A stretch of 64,000 nt of DNA from Epithemia pelagica (GCA_946965045.2 OX337233.1:2170001-2234000); one strand, 5' to 3'; positions 51,060 through 61,382 are shown, numbered from the stretch's first letter. The notes: a model not told the origin generated them from the letters alone. Made by a program: numbers and translations.

Positions 51060-51542
51060 ACTGGCGACCGCTTGCCTCCGCCATCACCAGTTTTTAATCA
51101 CCCAAGGACCTAACTTTTTTTACAACGAGGGACAGAGGTTATGTACGAAATAGAGAAATCCACATCGCTTTTGATATAATGTCCCGGCACTCACCAACTA
51201 TCGCATCGCATCTGATCGAAAAGCTGACTTGCGCACCGGACCTTTTGCAGCTTTTCTGCTGACACATCCATTTTCTATTCTAAATATTATATATTAGTAC
51301 TTCTTGTTTTTCTGATGTCTCTTGGGTCCGGTTCCGAGCTTCGAGAGTACCCGTACTTCAGTTCGCTTTCATAGTAGCGCTCCCAGTAATGGTAAGTGTT
51401 GCAGGTTGCAGAGGTATACTTCATCATTCATCAATATGCTTCTCTCTTCCAGTCTACGTTCTACTTTCCCGTGTCTACCTACCAACCTACCTAGAGCCTA
51501 GGTAGAGCGGTAGATCGTCCATTTGGAATTTGGACTTTGGAC

Positions 51543-52182
51543 TAGTGCGTTCAAACTTAGGTAACAGAAATTGGAGTGTAGTTTCTTCCCTAAGTTTAGG
51601 TAAACTTAGGTAATGAAATTTAGGTAGTTTAGGTGGCTACCAGTTCCGCCATCTATGGTGACTTAGTTCACATCGTAATGACACCGTACAAATCCTTGTC
51701 ATCTTCCTCCGGGCCTGTTCATTTGTTTGTTTGTGGTAAGTATATCTTACCTTCATCAAGTATCTGAGATTAAGGCCAACTCTCAAGCCTCAAGCAAACA
51801 TCAGCCTTGTCTTGCCCATGCATATGTTACGGAGGTAACTCCACACATTATTTTTCATGGGTTTGCAATACGCTCAACTGAGATCCCACCAGTTGACTGA
51901 TCGACAGTAGAGGTTCAATCACAAGGTTGTACAGTTGCGATAGTGGCTCAATGCTGAGGAAGATCATCCGCCCTGTGTGTCCACCTGTACTGACTCACCA
52001 TTGCAACAATCAAGCTGCGTTCACTGTTCAACCCGGCGTCACATAGTATGGTAGCATCCATAGTTTCTTGGAGAGGACCTACCTAAACTTTGGTGGGCAC
52101 TTTCGGCGTCGTGAAAGATAGGCAAAACTTAGGTGCCTAAATTTAGGGGATGAAGTTTAGGAAATGAAACTTGAACGCACTA
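51543..52182. mobile_element. Non-autonomous hAT-type element/MITE (640 bp)
   Basis: 12-bp perfect TIR TAGTGCGTTCAA / TTGAACGCACTA; 8-bp TSD CTTTGGAC at 51535-51542 and 52183-52190; subterminal (C/T)TTAGG repeats; no ORF. Confidence 0.9.
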
Positions 52183-52328
52183 CTTTGGACCAGTGAGCGT
52201 TCGACTGACCACTGACCACCGATGACCCGGGATCCGATGCCTGTTGTCTGATTGGTGGAACTCAGCGACTGATCAATCACGTACACGCCGCAGCTGCCGC
52301 GCACCTACCTACTACGGTTACCTACCTA

Positions 52329-52761
52329 CCGTAGTTTGCGCATTCCTGTCCCCCCTATAGTCCTGTCCCCCCCACTCCCCTTAGACGTACATGGCCCCCT
52401 AACTTTTTATCTGTAGGCTCTTTCTGGGCTTATGGGTTACCCCCACATTCCTCACGTTCCGAGCTTTCTATCGCACTGCCTGACATTACATGGGAGTGAA
52501 TCAAAGAGGAGAAACAAGAGATGAAGCATGATGGGTATTATGATTAGGGTTAAGGCTACGCATTGAAGCACGGTCTTTCCCCTGACTGGAATTGTGCGAC
52601 CAAACCTTATCTACAACCCCGAGGTTGAAAATTAATTTACTAGGAAATTAATTGTTTTGTGTGAATGGAATCTTAAGAAAAATTATCAAAAATTGCGTAG
52701 TCCTGTCCCCCTCCTCTTAATTTTTGTACATTCCGGGGGGACAGGAATCCGCAAATTACGG
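52329..52761. mobile_element. Tc1/mariner(pogo)-type MITE (433 bp)
   Basis: 27-bp TIR CCGTAGTTTGCGCATTCCTGTCCCCCC vs GGGGGGACAGGAATCCGCAAATTACGG (2 mismatches), flanked by TA on both sides. The symmetric flanks CCTACC/GGTAGG could instead extend the TIR. Confidence 0.75.
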
Positions 52762-53533
52762 TAGGTAGGTTAGGCAACGTCGACCGACTTGAGCATCTGG
52801 CATCTGATATGTCGATTGTCGATGGTATGATATATTACTCCTATTATGTACTTGTACTTGGTCAGATGATTACAGATTGCCTTCCCCCCGACCCGAGGCT
52901 TGCCCGAGTGCCGGAGTCCCTATTCCTATTCCCTATTCCCTATTATTTTCTGTGCAATAGGAGCCCTTGGTTACCAAATCAGAGGCCCGTGCTGCGAAGG
53001 ACCATACCCGCGCGCAATCGGAATTCCTCTGATTCTATATATGTCCAAACAGTACTAGCGTTTTTAGTTAAGTATAAGCACTGTCTTAGAGAAAAAATTC
53101 TGTTGGAAATCCAACGGTTTCATATCTCAATAACTAAACCATAGAATTTTCTAAAAATTGTTTCGTTGGAAAGATCATATTCAAATTGTTACAGTTGCAA
53201 TCTCTTTAGATCGTGAGAAACGATTCAACGTACCCAAAAATGCCGACATTGCACTGACCCGTTTTATGAGAATGATTCTACACGACCAGTCACACCCCGC
53301 GCGACGAGAACATAAAAAACTTTCATGGCTGAATACAATATAAATGGTATCAATCGCATATCAATCGACGTTGAATCGTCTGTTTCAAAATTTTGGCATG
53401 AAATTTCTGTTTGCAACAAGATTCAACGACACTCATTCATGTCATCTTTCATCGATCCCCTTGCCGAAGCCCCGTAGATAGTTGTTATCTCTTCGTAACT
53501 TACTTTTCCGTAGATACTGTCACCATTGTCACC

Positions 53534-56500
53534 ATGAGTCCGAAGAAATTCAAGCGTAAACCTCCTCCCCCTCGTCCTAGGAAGATGCCTCAACTCGTCT
53601 CTCCTAGACATCAAAATCCGAAAGACCGCCTTGATGCCATTCGAAAACTCCACCAAAACATCCCTCGTAGAACACCGTCCCCAAGAAAACAACGTCCTAC
53701 AACAACAACTGGTTCCACGGCTACGAAAGGGGTTAATCTGGCAGAGGCTTTCTTTTCGACGCCTGATTACGAGCGTATTCGAGACCTATCTCCTTCTCCT
53801 AACCTACAAACACGTCAAGTTCGTAAAACCACTGGCGTACCCATCTACATGAGCAGCAATGAACGTGACCGCATTGCTAGATTAATGATTGAGTTCGCGG
53901 AAGACGACACCAAGCCGTGCTCCGTATTCGGAAGTCAACGATCTGAACTATTTCGCGCTTTTTATTTCTGTGGCAACTGCCTTCTTGCCGACAGACAGGA
54001 AGAATCAAATCCTAAAGTGCCAGTGAACCGCCGTGCTGAAAATGGCACTTACACATGCCAAGCAGCCCACACTGATTTTGGTTTTCCCACTCATCGGCTT
54101 GATGACGAAGAAGAAGAAGATGAAGAAGCAGATCCAAGCAAAAAGAAATCGTACAAGGCCAACACTGTGCAGACGACGTCAGACAAATCATCTAATGGCC
54201 CTTCCACCGTCAACACCGTACAACCGTTGTCTAGTCGTAACACCGTTGTCACTGTCGCCGATAATGAAGAAAAAGAAGATGGTTCCTCGTCGTCGGAAGA
54301 CAATTTTTCACCATCGGACTCTGAAGAAGAACGGGAGATGAACTCGCATATTTGCCGTCCATGTACGACTGCCTCTGTTGGTACTCAAACTACCCAAACA
54401 ATGAATCCCATGATGTTTCGCAATGTTGAAGGAGACAACTCAACGACAACATCCGAACAAGAAACCATGCAAGCAGCCAAGATTCGTCAACTTCAATTCT
54501 CCAATGACACTCTTAAGCAAACGGTCAGAGAACTGAGACTCGAGAATAGGGAGTTACTACGTTCAATGAAAGCACATGAGATCAAGATAAGGTCGAAGGA
54601 CGACAAGATTCGCCGGTTACGAAAGGAAATGGATGATCTTGTTCGGAAATTTGGGAACGTTCCTAAATCATGTACCGACACCAAGAAATCCAAGGTCATA
54701 GTGAAACACATCAAGCGTGTAATCAAACGCACAGTATGCAGGCACGCAAGCAATAGTCATCGCAGTAAAACTTTCTTCAAATTACTCGCGGAAATGCTGC
54801 TACAAGACAACATACACGATTGGCAGCTAAGAGACACTATCATTACGGTGTTTCGGAAATACATGCGAAAGCACGTGTTCACGCCCCATCGTATTCTAAA
54901 AGAAATGGATCTGTCTGGTGGCACAGCCAACTTCGAGTCTATCGAAATCCTACGTCGAGTGGAGAACAATGGCAGACGATACATGCACACAATGCTACCT
55001 AGCACCTCCTCTATGCAACGGTACGCCGACTGTGTTGAACGACTTGGCCAACACATCATTCCATTCCACTCCATTCGCAACTCGGTGGACGACTGTGAAG
55101 GATTTTATTTCCGCGTTGCAGACATCATGAGAGAGATTCTGAAATCGGGGAATCTTTTGGACAGCGTCGCCAAGATTCGAAATATCCTTCTCTCTCAAAG
55201 CCTGGATGGAGCAACACTTTCCAAGAACCTTAATCATACCTTGTGCGGAATTAAATTCAACGATCGAAGCAATCCACTTCGTCGTTCAAGACATGCTGTC
55301 TTTCCAGTAGTTTGCATCATTGGAGGAGAGACAAAACTTCGTGTCCGCGGGCTTTTCTCGAGAGTGATTAAGGAAGGAACTGAGGCGGCATTGCAAGTCC
55401 TTGTGAAGAAATATGGCATCAAGCCTGTTATTCTTGCATTCAACAGTGATATGAGCTGTGAATGGAAGATTGCAGATTGTGGGGGCGCTGCCAAAAACAC
55501 AATCTACCCCTGTACCAAGTGCTGTTGGACGAGTGAGGACTTGCACACTCGTTCTCAAAAACCATATGGTTGCAATTGGTGTGTCAAAATGGGACACACC
55601 CGAATCCCTGGTTGGAGATGTCGCCATTCACGCATGTGTAATCCAAAACACTTAGAGAAACTCAAAGAAGAAATGGACGACTTTGAGAAATCGATGCCAG
55701 CCATTGGGAAAGCTGTCCAGGAGATGTGGGACAAGTCTGAAATAAAGGTGACAGCGGACCCGAGACTAGAACCAACTCCAGCACAAACAAAGAACATTCG
55801 CTCGATCCACTTTGATGTTACAAAGTGTTCCAGGCAATCGCGGTCAAAGTACAATACCTACATCACAGGTGACATGCAACTACGAGAAATGGATGTGGGG
55901 GGGCCTCTGGTGGAACGTCAACGTAGATTACAGATTCAACTTGGTAGAGAGTGGATGTACAAGGACTCCTTGCTTTGTCGAGAAAAGCACGGAAAAGGAG
56001 GTGCGAACACGGCTCTTGTTATGATGATGTCGGTATTACCTTGTATTCTCCACATGGAGATACGAGTCGGAGTCAAGATGTTGTCGTTACTGTTCAAGGA
56101 AGGTCTGACTCGAGCGAAGATGGACGAACTGGAATGGATGGACGTTTCCAAACGAGGGGGTGTTGGACCACGATGCAATCATTTCATTGACACTCTTCGG
56201 CATATCTCAAATACGAAAATACAGGGCACAAGAGATCGACCGGCCCAAACCAAAATCCCATTTGATAAGCAAACTAACTCGTTGGGGATCCTGAAATACA
56301 ACAACGTTCAGATCAGGAAGTTTTTGGAGAACATAGATCTGTTGATTGAGAAGTGCATCGTAAAAGAAGATGATGTGGCTCTCTGGAAGTCGTCCATTGA
56401 GCAATATCGTAAGGCAATGACGATCGTTCGTAGGAGGCATCGGTTGTCCTCCTCCGAAATATGGGATTTTCAACGACACTCTGACTTTTTCTTTCGCGAC

Positions 56501-57073
56501 TGGTTGCAACTTCACGGAGCAGAAGGGATGACCAACTATGTACATATGATTGGAAGCGGTCATGTTCTAGAATACCTACAGCACTGGGGGAACCTCGCTA
56601 ACCATTCCCAGCAGGGATGGGAAGCGTTTAACAGTCAGTTCAAAACGTATTTCTTCAATCGCACGCAGAGAGGTGGTTCCGTAAACAAGGGTCGTGGGAA
56701 ACAGAGCAGGATGCTTCCGATGGCGCGATGGTTGCAACGCAGATTGATTTTCATGTCAGGATACAGCGAACAAGAAATTATGGACCGACACAACGACATT
56801 TCAGAGGAAGAGAAGGAGGCAGCCAAGAACTGGGTGCGTGACCATGGCGGTACGATCGAATTTGGACAGCTCATTCAAGCGGAAGAAGATTCAGAATCCA
56901 TCAATGAAGATGGAGAATATGTTTTTAACTGGGAAGTAGGTACGGCGGATCTATATGGAGAAATTGTTGATGTCGAAGCGGATGTTGATCTATATGATGA
57001 GCAACAGCTGGTGGAACAGGAAAGTGATTTAGAGTACGACTCAAACGTGCCGTCTACAGATGATGAGCAGTGA
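53534..57073 (+). CDS. RAG1/Transib-related DDE transposase (1179 aa)
   Basis: Motifs in RAG1-core order: QSLDG (D558; cf. ESCDG), FNSDMS (D639; cf. GYDEK), YPCTKC (cf. YICTLC), CILHMEI (cf. ALHCDI), MTNYVHMIGSGH (cf. ITNYFHKTLAH), GNLANHSQQGWEAFN (E1030; cf. GSIGAWASEGNESGN). Confidence 0.8.
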   Translation: MSPKKFKRKPPPPRPRKMPQLVSPRHQNPKDRLDAIRKLHQNIPRRTPSPRKQRPTTTTGSTATKGVNLAEAFFSTPDYERIRDLSPSPNLQTRQVRKTTGVPIYMSSNERDRIARLMIEFAEDDTKPCSVFGSQRSELFRAFYFCGNCLLADRQEESNPKVPVNRRAENGTYTCQAAHTDFGFPTHRLDDEEEEDEEADPSKKKSYKANTVQTTSDKSSNGPSTVNTVQPLSSRNTVVTVADNEEKEDGSSSSEDNFSPSDSEEEREMNSHICRPCTTASVGTQTTQTMNPMMFRNVEGDNSTTTSEQETMQAAKIRQLQFSNDTLKQTVRELRLENRELLRSMKAHEIKIRSKDDKIRRLRKEMDDLVRKFGNVPKSCTDTKKSKVIVKHIKRVIKRTVCRHASNSHRSKTFFKLLAEMLLQDNIHDWQLRDTIITVFRKYMRKHVFTPHRILKEMDLSGGTANFESIEILRRVENNGRRYMHTMLPSTSSMQRYADCVERLGQHIIPFHSIRNSVDDCEGFYFRVADIMREILKSGNLLDSVAKIRNILLSQSLDGATLSKNLNHTLCGIKFNDRSNPLRRSRHAVFPVVCIIGGETKLRVRGLFSRVIKEGTEAALQVLVKKYGIKPVILAFNSDMSCEWKIADCGGAAKNTIYPCTKCCWTSEDLHTRSQKPYGCNWCVKMGHTRIPGWRCRHSRMCNPKHLEKLKEEMDDFEKSMPAIGKAVQEMWDKSEIKVTADPRLEPTPAQTKNIRSIHFDVTKCSRQSRSKYNTYITGDMQLREMDVGGPLVERQRRLQIQLGREWMYKDSLLCREKHGKGGANTALVMMMSVLPCILHMEIRVGVKMLSLLFKEGLTRAKMDELEWMDVSKRGGVGPRCNHFIDTLRHISNTKIQGTRDRPAQTKIPFDKQTNSLGILKYNNVQIRKFLENIDLLIEKCIVKEDDVALWKSSIEQYRKAMTIVRRRHRLSSSEIWDFQRHSDFFFRDWLQLHGAEGMTNYVHMIGSGHVLEYLQHWGNLANHSQQGWEAFNSQFKTYFFNRTQRGGSVNKGRGKQSRMLPMARWLQRRLIFMSGYSEQEIMDRHNDISEEEKEAAKNWVRDHGGTIEFGQLIQAEEDSESINEDGEYVFNWEVGTADLYGEIVDVEADVDLYDEQQLVEQESDLEYDSNVPSTDDEQ

Positions 57074-57118
57074 TATAGGTATAATTATATAAAGAGTGGA
57101 GAAATATGATCAAACAGT

Positions 57119-58903
57119 CTACGAGTAGTTTGTAATGGCTTGTCCAATCTCATTGGTATGGACGAAAAGGGTCATATGCTGTTCCTCTCGACTCTTTTTA
57201 CGACGGAACAGATTTCCCCCGACGACGCGGCAAAGGTAAGTGGGCGAGACAGGGTGGTCCACCTTTCCAATGTAATGAAAGGAACGAAGATTTGGACTAT
57301 GATGACGGGTTGGGTCTTTGTTACACAGATAGGTAGCAAAGTCTTCTTTGTGTTGTAGCACGTAAATTGGTTTCCTGTTTCCCGGAGGGAAGATACCACT
57401 GATTTCGTAGACGGTGTTGTCGTAAAAGAATGAGTCGCCCAAGTAAATCATTTGTTTACCAACCTGGCATCGAACCACTGTGTTCATGGATTCTATAGAT
57501 GCATCATCTTCAGAAAGGGGCGAAACCAGATCAGATTTCTCTTTCGGACGAACTGAAACGGAAGAGAAACTGGAGGTATCCGAGGTATCATTATCCATGG
57601 CGAGAATCTTGTCAAAGGTGGAGGGTTCTTTGTTCTTGATGAGTTTGTCTTTCGGGGGAGAATGATATTCTTCTTCGTCATCAGGGTCGGGCATCTCATG
57701 AGAGTCAACGAGAACATCTTGATTGAAAACCGTGTTGGTGGTTTCCTCATGTTTCGTTTGGAGTAACGTCGATTCCAAATGATCAGTTGGGGGAGGAACC
57801 TTCAGGGACCCGTCAGCCTTCGTGTCATACCTATAGGTCTGACAGCCAACAGTTACTCGGACTTGATGCGGGGAAAAGTGAAGATCCACGCGTTGCTCGT
57901 TGGACATTCGTTTGAATTGCTTGGGTCTATCCTCGGGAGCACATCCCTTGACTATGGTTAGGCAATGGCCCCTTTTCAACTCTTTTCCCATAGATCCGTC
58001 CTTGAGAGTGGGCTTGATTTCCGTTGAACCGTATACAGCGGGGAGTCCAACGAATTGACGGAGCATATCCAAGTCGTTCTGTGTGTTGAACCGGATGATG
58101 CCCTTCTCGAACCTCATTCTAATCTTTCTACGGGTTAGCTTACCATCGATGTCTAGGTAAGACTCAGACCCTGGAAAGAAGTGACAGAACAAGGACGGTA
58201 CGTTAGAGTTTGCAAGCGTAAAAATATAGTTCAATACTTCATTGGGAATAGGACCGATGGAAAGGGACTGTACCGATTTAGATTCGGCTTGTCCACTACA
58301 ACGATTCAACAATTTCATGAGAGCCTTCCGGATCTGAAACAGACCGAACCAGACATTTTTATGGTAGCAACGAGAGGCTATCACGAGTTGAGGGAAATCT
58401 CCTTTGCGTTGGTAATCCGTTGGGAAACACTTGATCTCTTGAGGATTGGCAAGGGTCATCTTGTGTTGTCCGTCTTTGTTCTTGAAAGCAGAATAGCGCA
58501 CTACGTATACATTTTTGATGCCTTCGGCCCATGAATTGTCCGGTTTTTCAAGATCCGACGGGTGGAAGACAAAAGCCGGATACAAAACTTCAATGGATTC
58601 TCGTTCGGAATCTTCGATGTCCATGGAAACGTCAGTCTGGTACAACTCAATGTTATGAGATCCAGTTGAGTGCTCGATGGGAGCATAGTTATGAATCGGT
58701 GGAGTTGGGTGACAATTGAGCTTCTTGCGAGGAAAGAGGGGAAGATAAAGAATGATGGATTGCTTGCTTCCTTCTCGGATAATCAACTTGCCGATGGTCG
58801 TCGTACCATCATCTTGATTCGGAAGTCGGGCATGGACAAAGGTTCCGAGACGAAAGTAATCGTCAACTTGCTCGACGTAGATGGCTCCACGGGCAGAAGT
58901 CAT
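57119..58903 (-). CDS. Orphan 594-aa protein inside the transposon, tail-to-tail with the transposase
   Basis: Uninterrupted ORF from ATG 58903; its stop lies 45 bp from the transposase stop; no recognisable domain. Confidence 0.75.
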   Translation of the reverse strand: MTSARGAIYVEQVDDYFRLGTFVHARLPNQDDGTTTIGKLIIREGSKQSIILYLPLFPRKKLNCHPTPPIHNYAPIEHSTGSHNIELYQTDVSMDIEDSERESIEVLYPAFVFHPSDLEKPDNSWAEGIKNVYVVRYSAFKNKDGQHKMTLANPQEIKCFPTDYQRKGDFPQLVIASRCYHKNVWFGLFQIRKALMKLLNRCSGQAESKSVQSLSIGPIPNEVLNYIFTLANSNVPSLFCHFFPGSESYLDIDGKLTRRKIRMRFEKGIIRFNTQNDLDMLRQFVGLPAVYGSTEIKPTLKDGSMGKELKRGHCLTIVKGCAPEDRPKQFKRMSNEQRVDLHFSPHQVRVTVGCQTYRYDTKADGSLKVPPPTDHLESTLLQTKHEETTNTVFNQDVLVDSHEMPDPDDEEEYHSPPKDKLIKNKEPSTFDKILAMDNDTSDTSSFSSVSVRPKEKSDLVSPLSEDDASIESMNTVVRCQVGKQMIYLGDSFFYDNTVYEISGIFPPGNRKPIYVLQHKEDFATYLCNKDPTRHHSPNLRSFHYIGKVDHPVSPTYLCRVVGGNLFRRKKSREEQHMTLFVHTNEIGQAITNYS

Positions 58904-59572
58904 GATCTGGGATGTCGGAAATCAATTCAGGAGATGAATGGAGAGTTTGTTGGGACAACAAAACGACCAGGGATCATTGGAAAGATCAATGGCGTCCATT
59001 GTTATCAAGAATCGGTGCGATGTGCGATTGGCATTAGGAGTTGCCTCCGAGTTGGTCAGTACCGGTGGAGAAAATATGAGAGAAAACGACAATTCTGTGT
59101 CAAAATGCATTAAGTACGATATGTCTTGGAGTTTTTCTGATTATATGTAATTTCCGTTGAAATTAGCGCGCGTGTTAGGTTTTGCAAGCGCCAGCCAAGA
59201 CTTTTGGTCTTAGGGGGGGCGTGAATGTGAGCGAATTTGGTATGGAAAGGCTCCTATTGGCAATGTAGACACATCTCCATTATCCATTATGTTTATCAGT
59301 CGAGTTTAGAGTAGAGGCAGAGGTTAGAGGTTAGAGGTGCTGAAATCTATGATGGTAGATGCAGAGCGACGTTAACAGCGGAAGCTCGCATGCGGTACCA
59401 AAATATCGCACTTCCGCTTCCGACGGTCCCCATAAAGGAGAATTAGTGGTTAGGCCCTATCTTCGCAGGACCATCCTGCATGGATCTCCCCGGTACCAAA
59501 ATAGAGCTTGACGGTACAGCAGATCCTGTAAGAGGCTTAACCGATAACCCCATCGCAAGGAAATGTCGAAAT

Positions 59573-59877
59573 TAGAGGTTGGACCCGCACCGCGGTGCTG
59601 CGGATCGGATCCGCGAATCCGCGGTGCTGATCCCTGGAACCGCAGCGAAAGAGACTGGCGGGTCCGATCCGCGCTACTCGCACCTACGCACAGTAAAGGC
59701 AGGGTGCACCGATTTGGTGCTTTCGAGGTCGGACCGCCCGTACGTCAAATTTGTACAGAGTACATAAAATCCCATGGTGATGCGGAACTGCGGAACACGC
59801 GGGTATTTGGAACCGCAAAGGCTGGGATGCGCGGGTATCCTACCCGCATCGATTTGAGCTCGCGGGTCCAACCTCTA
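59573..59877. mobile_element. hAT-type MITE (305 bp)
   Basis: 16-bp perfect TIR TAGAGGTTGGACCCGC / GCGGGTCCAACCTCTA; 8-bp TSD GTCGAAAT at 59565-59572 and 59878-59885; interior rich in CCGC/GCGG repeats. Confidence 0.92.
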
Positions 59878-59983
59878 GTCGAAATGTCTTTTCGTGTTGT
59901 CGTCAAGTTCCTTCTGTGATAGAGATTCTGGATTCTTGACATTACTTGTCTTGAAGGCTTTGTTGTCCTCAGTCAACTCGTTT

Positions 59984-61382
59984 CCCTCGGTATCAGTGTC
60001 CACTGCTTAGCTGTTTTTTGTCTGTGCCACCTTCATAGGTTCCCAAGTGGACACAGACAGAAAATTTCACTTTTCGTCTGTCCTTTTCACCAATATGGTT
60101 CCTCGTGCTGGTGGAAATGCCGGCGTGCAAGTGACAGTTGGCGGTTAGCATCTTCCTGTGACCGTGACCACGATTCAAATTTGGAATCCTTTCACACGAC
60201 TCTCGTCTCGTCACAAAAATCTCACACGCGGTGTCAAAAACATCGACATTGACCATGAAACGAGCTCTTTCCGAATCCTTGCGACCTGAAGCAGTATTTT
60301 GGTTTTTCTCTCTTGTTGCTTGTTGTTTGTCTCTTAGCTTCTTTCATGTCCTGCATAGTTTTCTCACACGTTATCTCATTAATCTTTGTCCCTGTTAATG
60401 TTGATGCTTGGTGCTCCTTTGATTTTGTCGCAATGAAATGGAGGACAAGTCATTGTAGGCCGTTTGCCACAACTTCTCCTTGCTTTAATCGTAGTGCTGT
60501 TTGATTGTTGGTTGGTTGTGTTCTTATTTTTGTAGCATGTTTTTTAACTGTCATCATTGTGCTTCGCCCATCTCCATGTTGACCACAGATCAAGAACCTT
60601 TCGTTGTGTGTCGGATACTCAAGTACCTAGACCTAGAGATGACGACAAACTGAGGCAGCTTGTTGCCACTAGGCCTACTCAAACTAGTCTTCATAGATCA
60701 CAGAGTTGATCAGATATGCTTCAAGATGGCCTCAAACCTACACCAGAGTGTCATGGTTGTTGAAAGCACGGCAATAACACGCACGATCTTACAAAATCTA
60801 TGAAAGATTACAACTAAACTTCTGATAGAAACTCCTAAAATACTCCTACAAAGAAATGAAGCTCTATGTGGTCTCCAATTTTAAGCCGAGGCTCGAATGG
60901 AGAATTGGCATTCCATAGGCACAAACATTCACTCTCAATGAAGTGGACAGAGAAAGAGACAGTTGTCGAATGTCGAATATCAGAAGAGAAAAACGAATAC
61001 AAGTGTGAGGGAGAAGTTAGAATGACAGTACAAGAACTGTTGTTGTCATGGAAACATTTTTGTACGTTCAAACTTACCTCAATTGCATGAAAGGCGACAA
61101 TTCATGCCATGCCATTGTGGGTGATGGCCTCTGAATGATTTTATGGGGGATTTGGATGGCGCATTCTGCAAAGACCAACCAACCGTCATCCACGCAGGGC
61201 CGCTTGCTGGGCATGCGTCTGATTCATGAACTGCGAAAACTCCAGCTGTGTATGCGTGCCAATTTGCAATTTAGTCATTTCCTTTTGCGTCAAAAAGGAA
61301 ATTTTCTGTCTGTGTCCACTTGGGAACCTATGAAGGTGGCACAGACAAAAAACAGCTAAGCAGTGGACACTGATACCGAGGG
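59984..61382. mobile_element. Non-autonomous element with 85-bp perfect TIRs (1399 bp; CCCT termini, piggyBac-like or unclassified)
   Basis: 59984-60068 is the exact reverse complement of 61298-61382. Flanked by TTT on both sides rather than TTAA; no long internal ORF. Confidence 0.85.

Larger units (their letters stand above)
52959..59255. mobile_element. Two-gene DNA transposon with RAG1/Transib-like transposase and a convergent orphan ORF (6297 bp)
   Basis: Imperfect TIR: AGGAGCCCTTGGTTACCAAAT (52959-52979) vs the reverse complement of 59235-59255, AGGAGCCTTTCCATACCAAAT (17/21 identical). AT on both outer sides; encloses two long intronless ORFs. Confidence 0.75.

Noticed and set aside
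53534-57073. Classifying the element as PIF/Harbinger, ISL2EU or Kolobok because it has two ORFs and AG/AT ends
   Set aside because: The transposase shows the RAG1/Transib/CMC-type D-D-CxxC-LH-HxnH-E pattern rather than DDE_Tnp_4 motifs; there is no Myb or YqaJ partner and no TTAA flank. A profile search is still needed to exclude these formally.
57119-58903. Calling the partner ORF RAG2-like
   Set aside because: No six-bladed kelch repeat pattern or PHD Cys/His motif is visible; only its position resembles RAG2L.
60300-61100. Possible piggyBac transposase remnants inside the 85-bp-TIR element
   Set aside because: Only short Cys-containing fragments with stops; no DDD motifs recognised.
51543-61382. 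Small TIR elements as non-autonomous derivatives of the RAG1-like element
   Set aside because: Their TIR sequences and TSD lengths (8, 2 [TA], 8 and 3 bp) do not match AGGAGCC...TACCAAAT.
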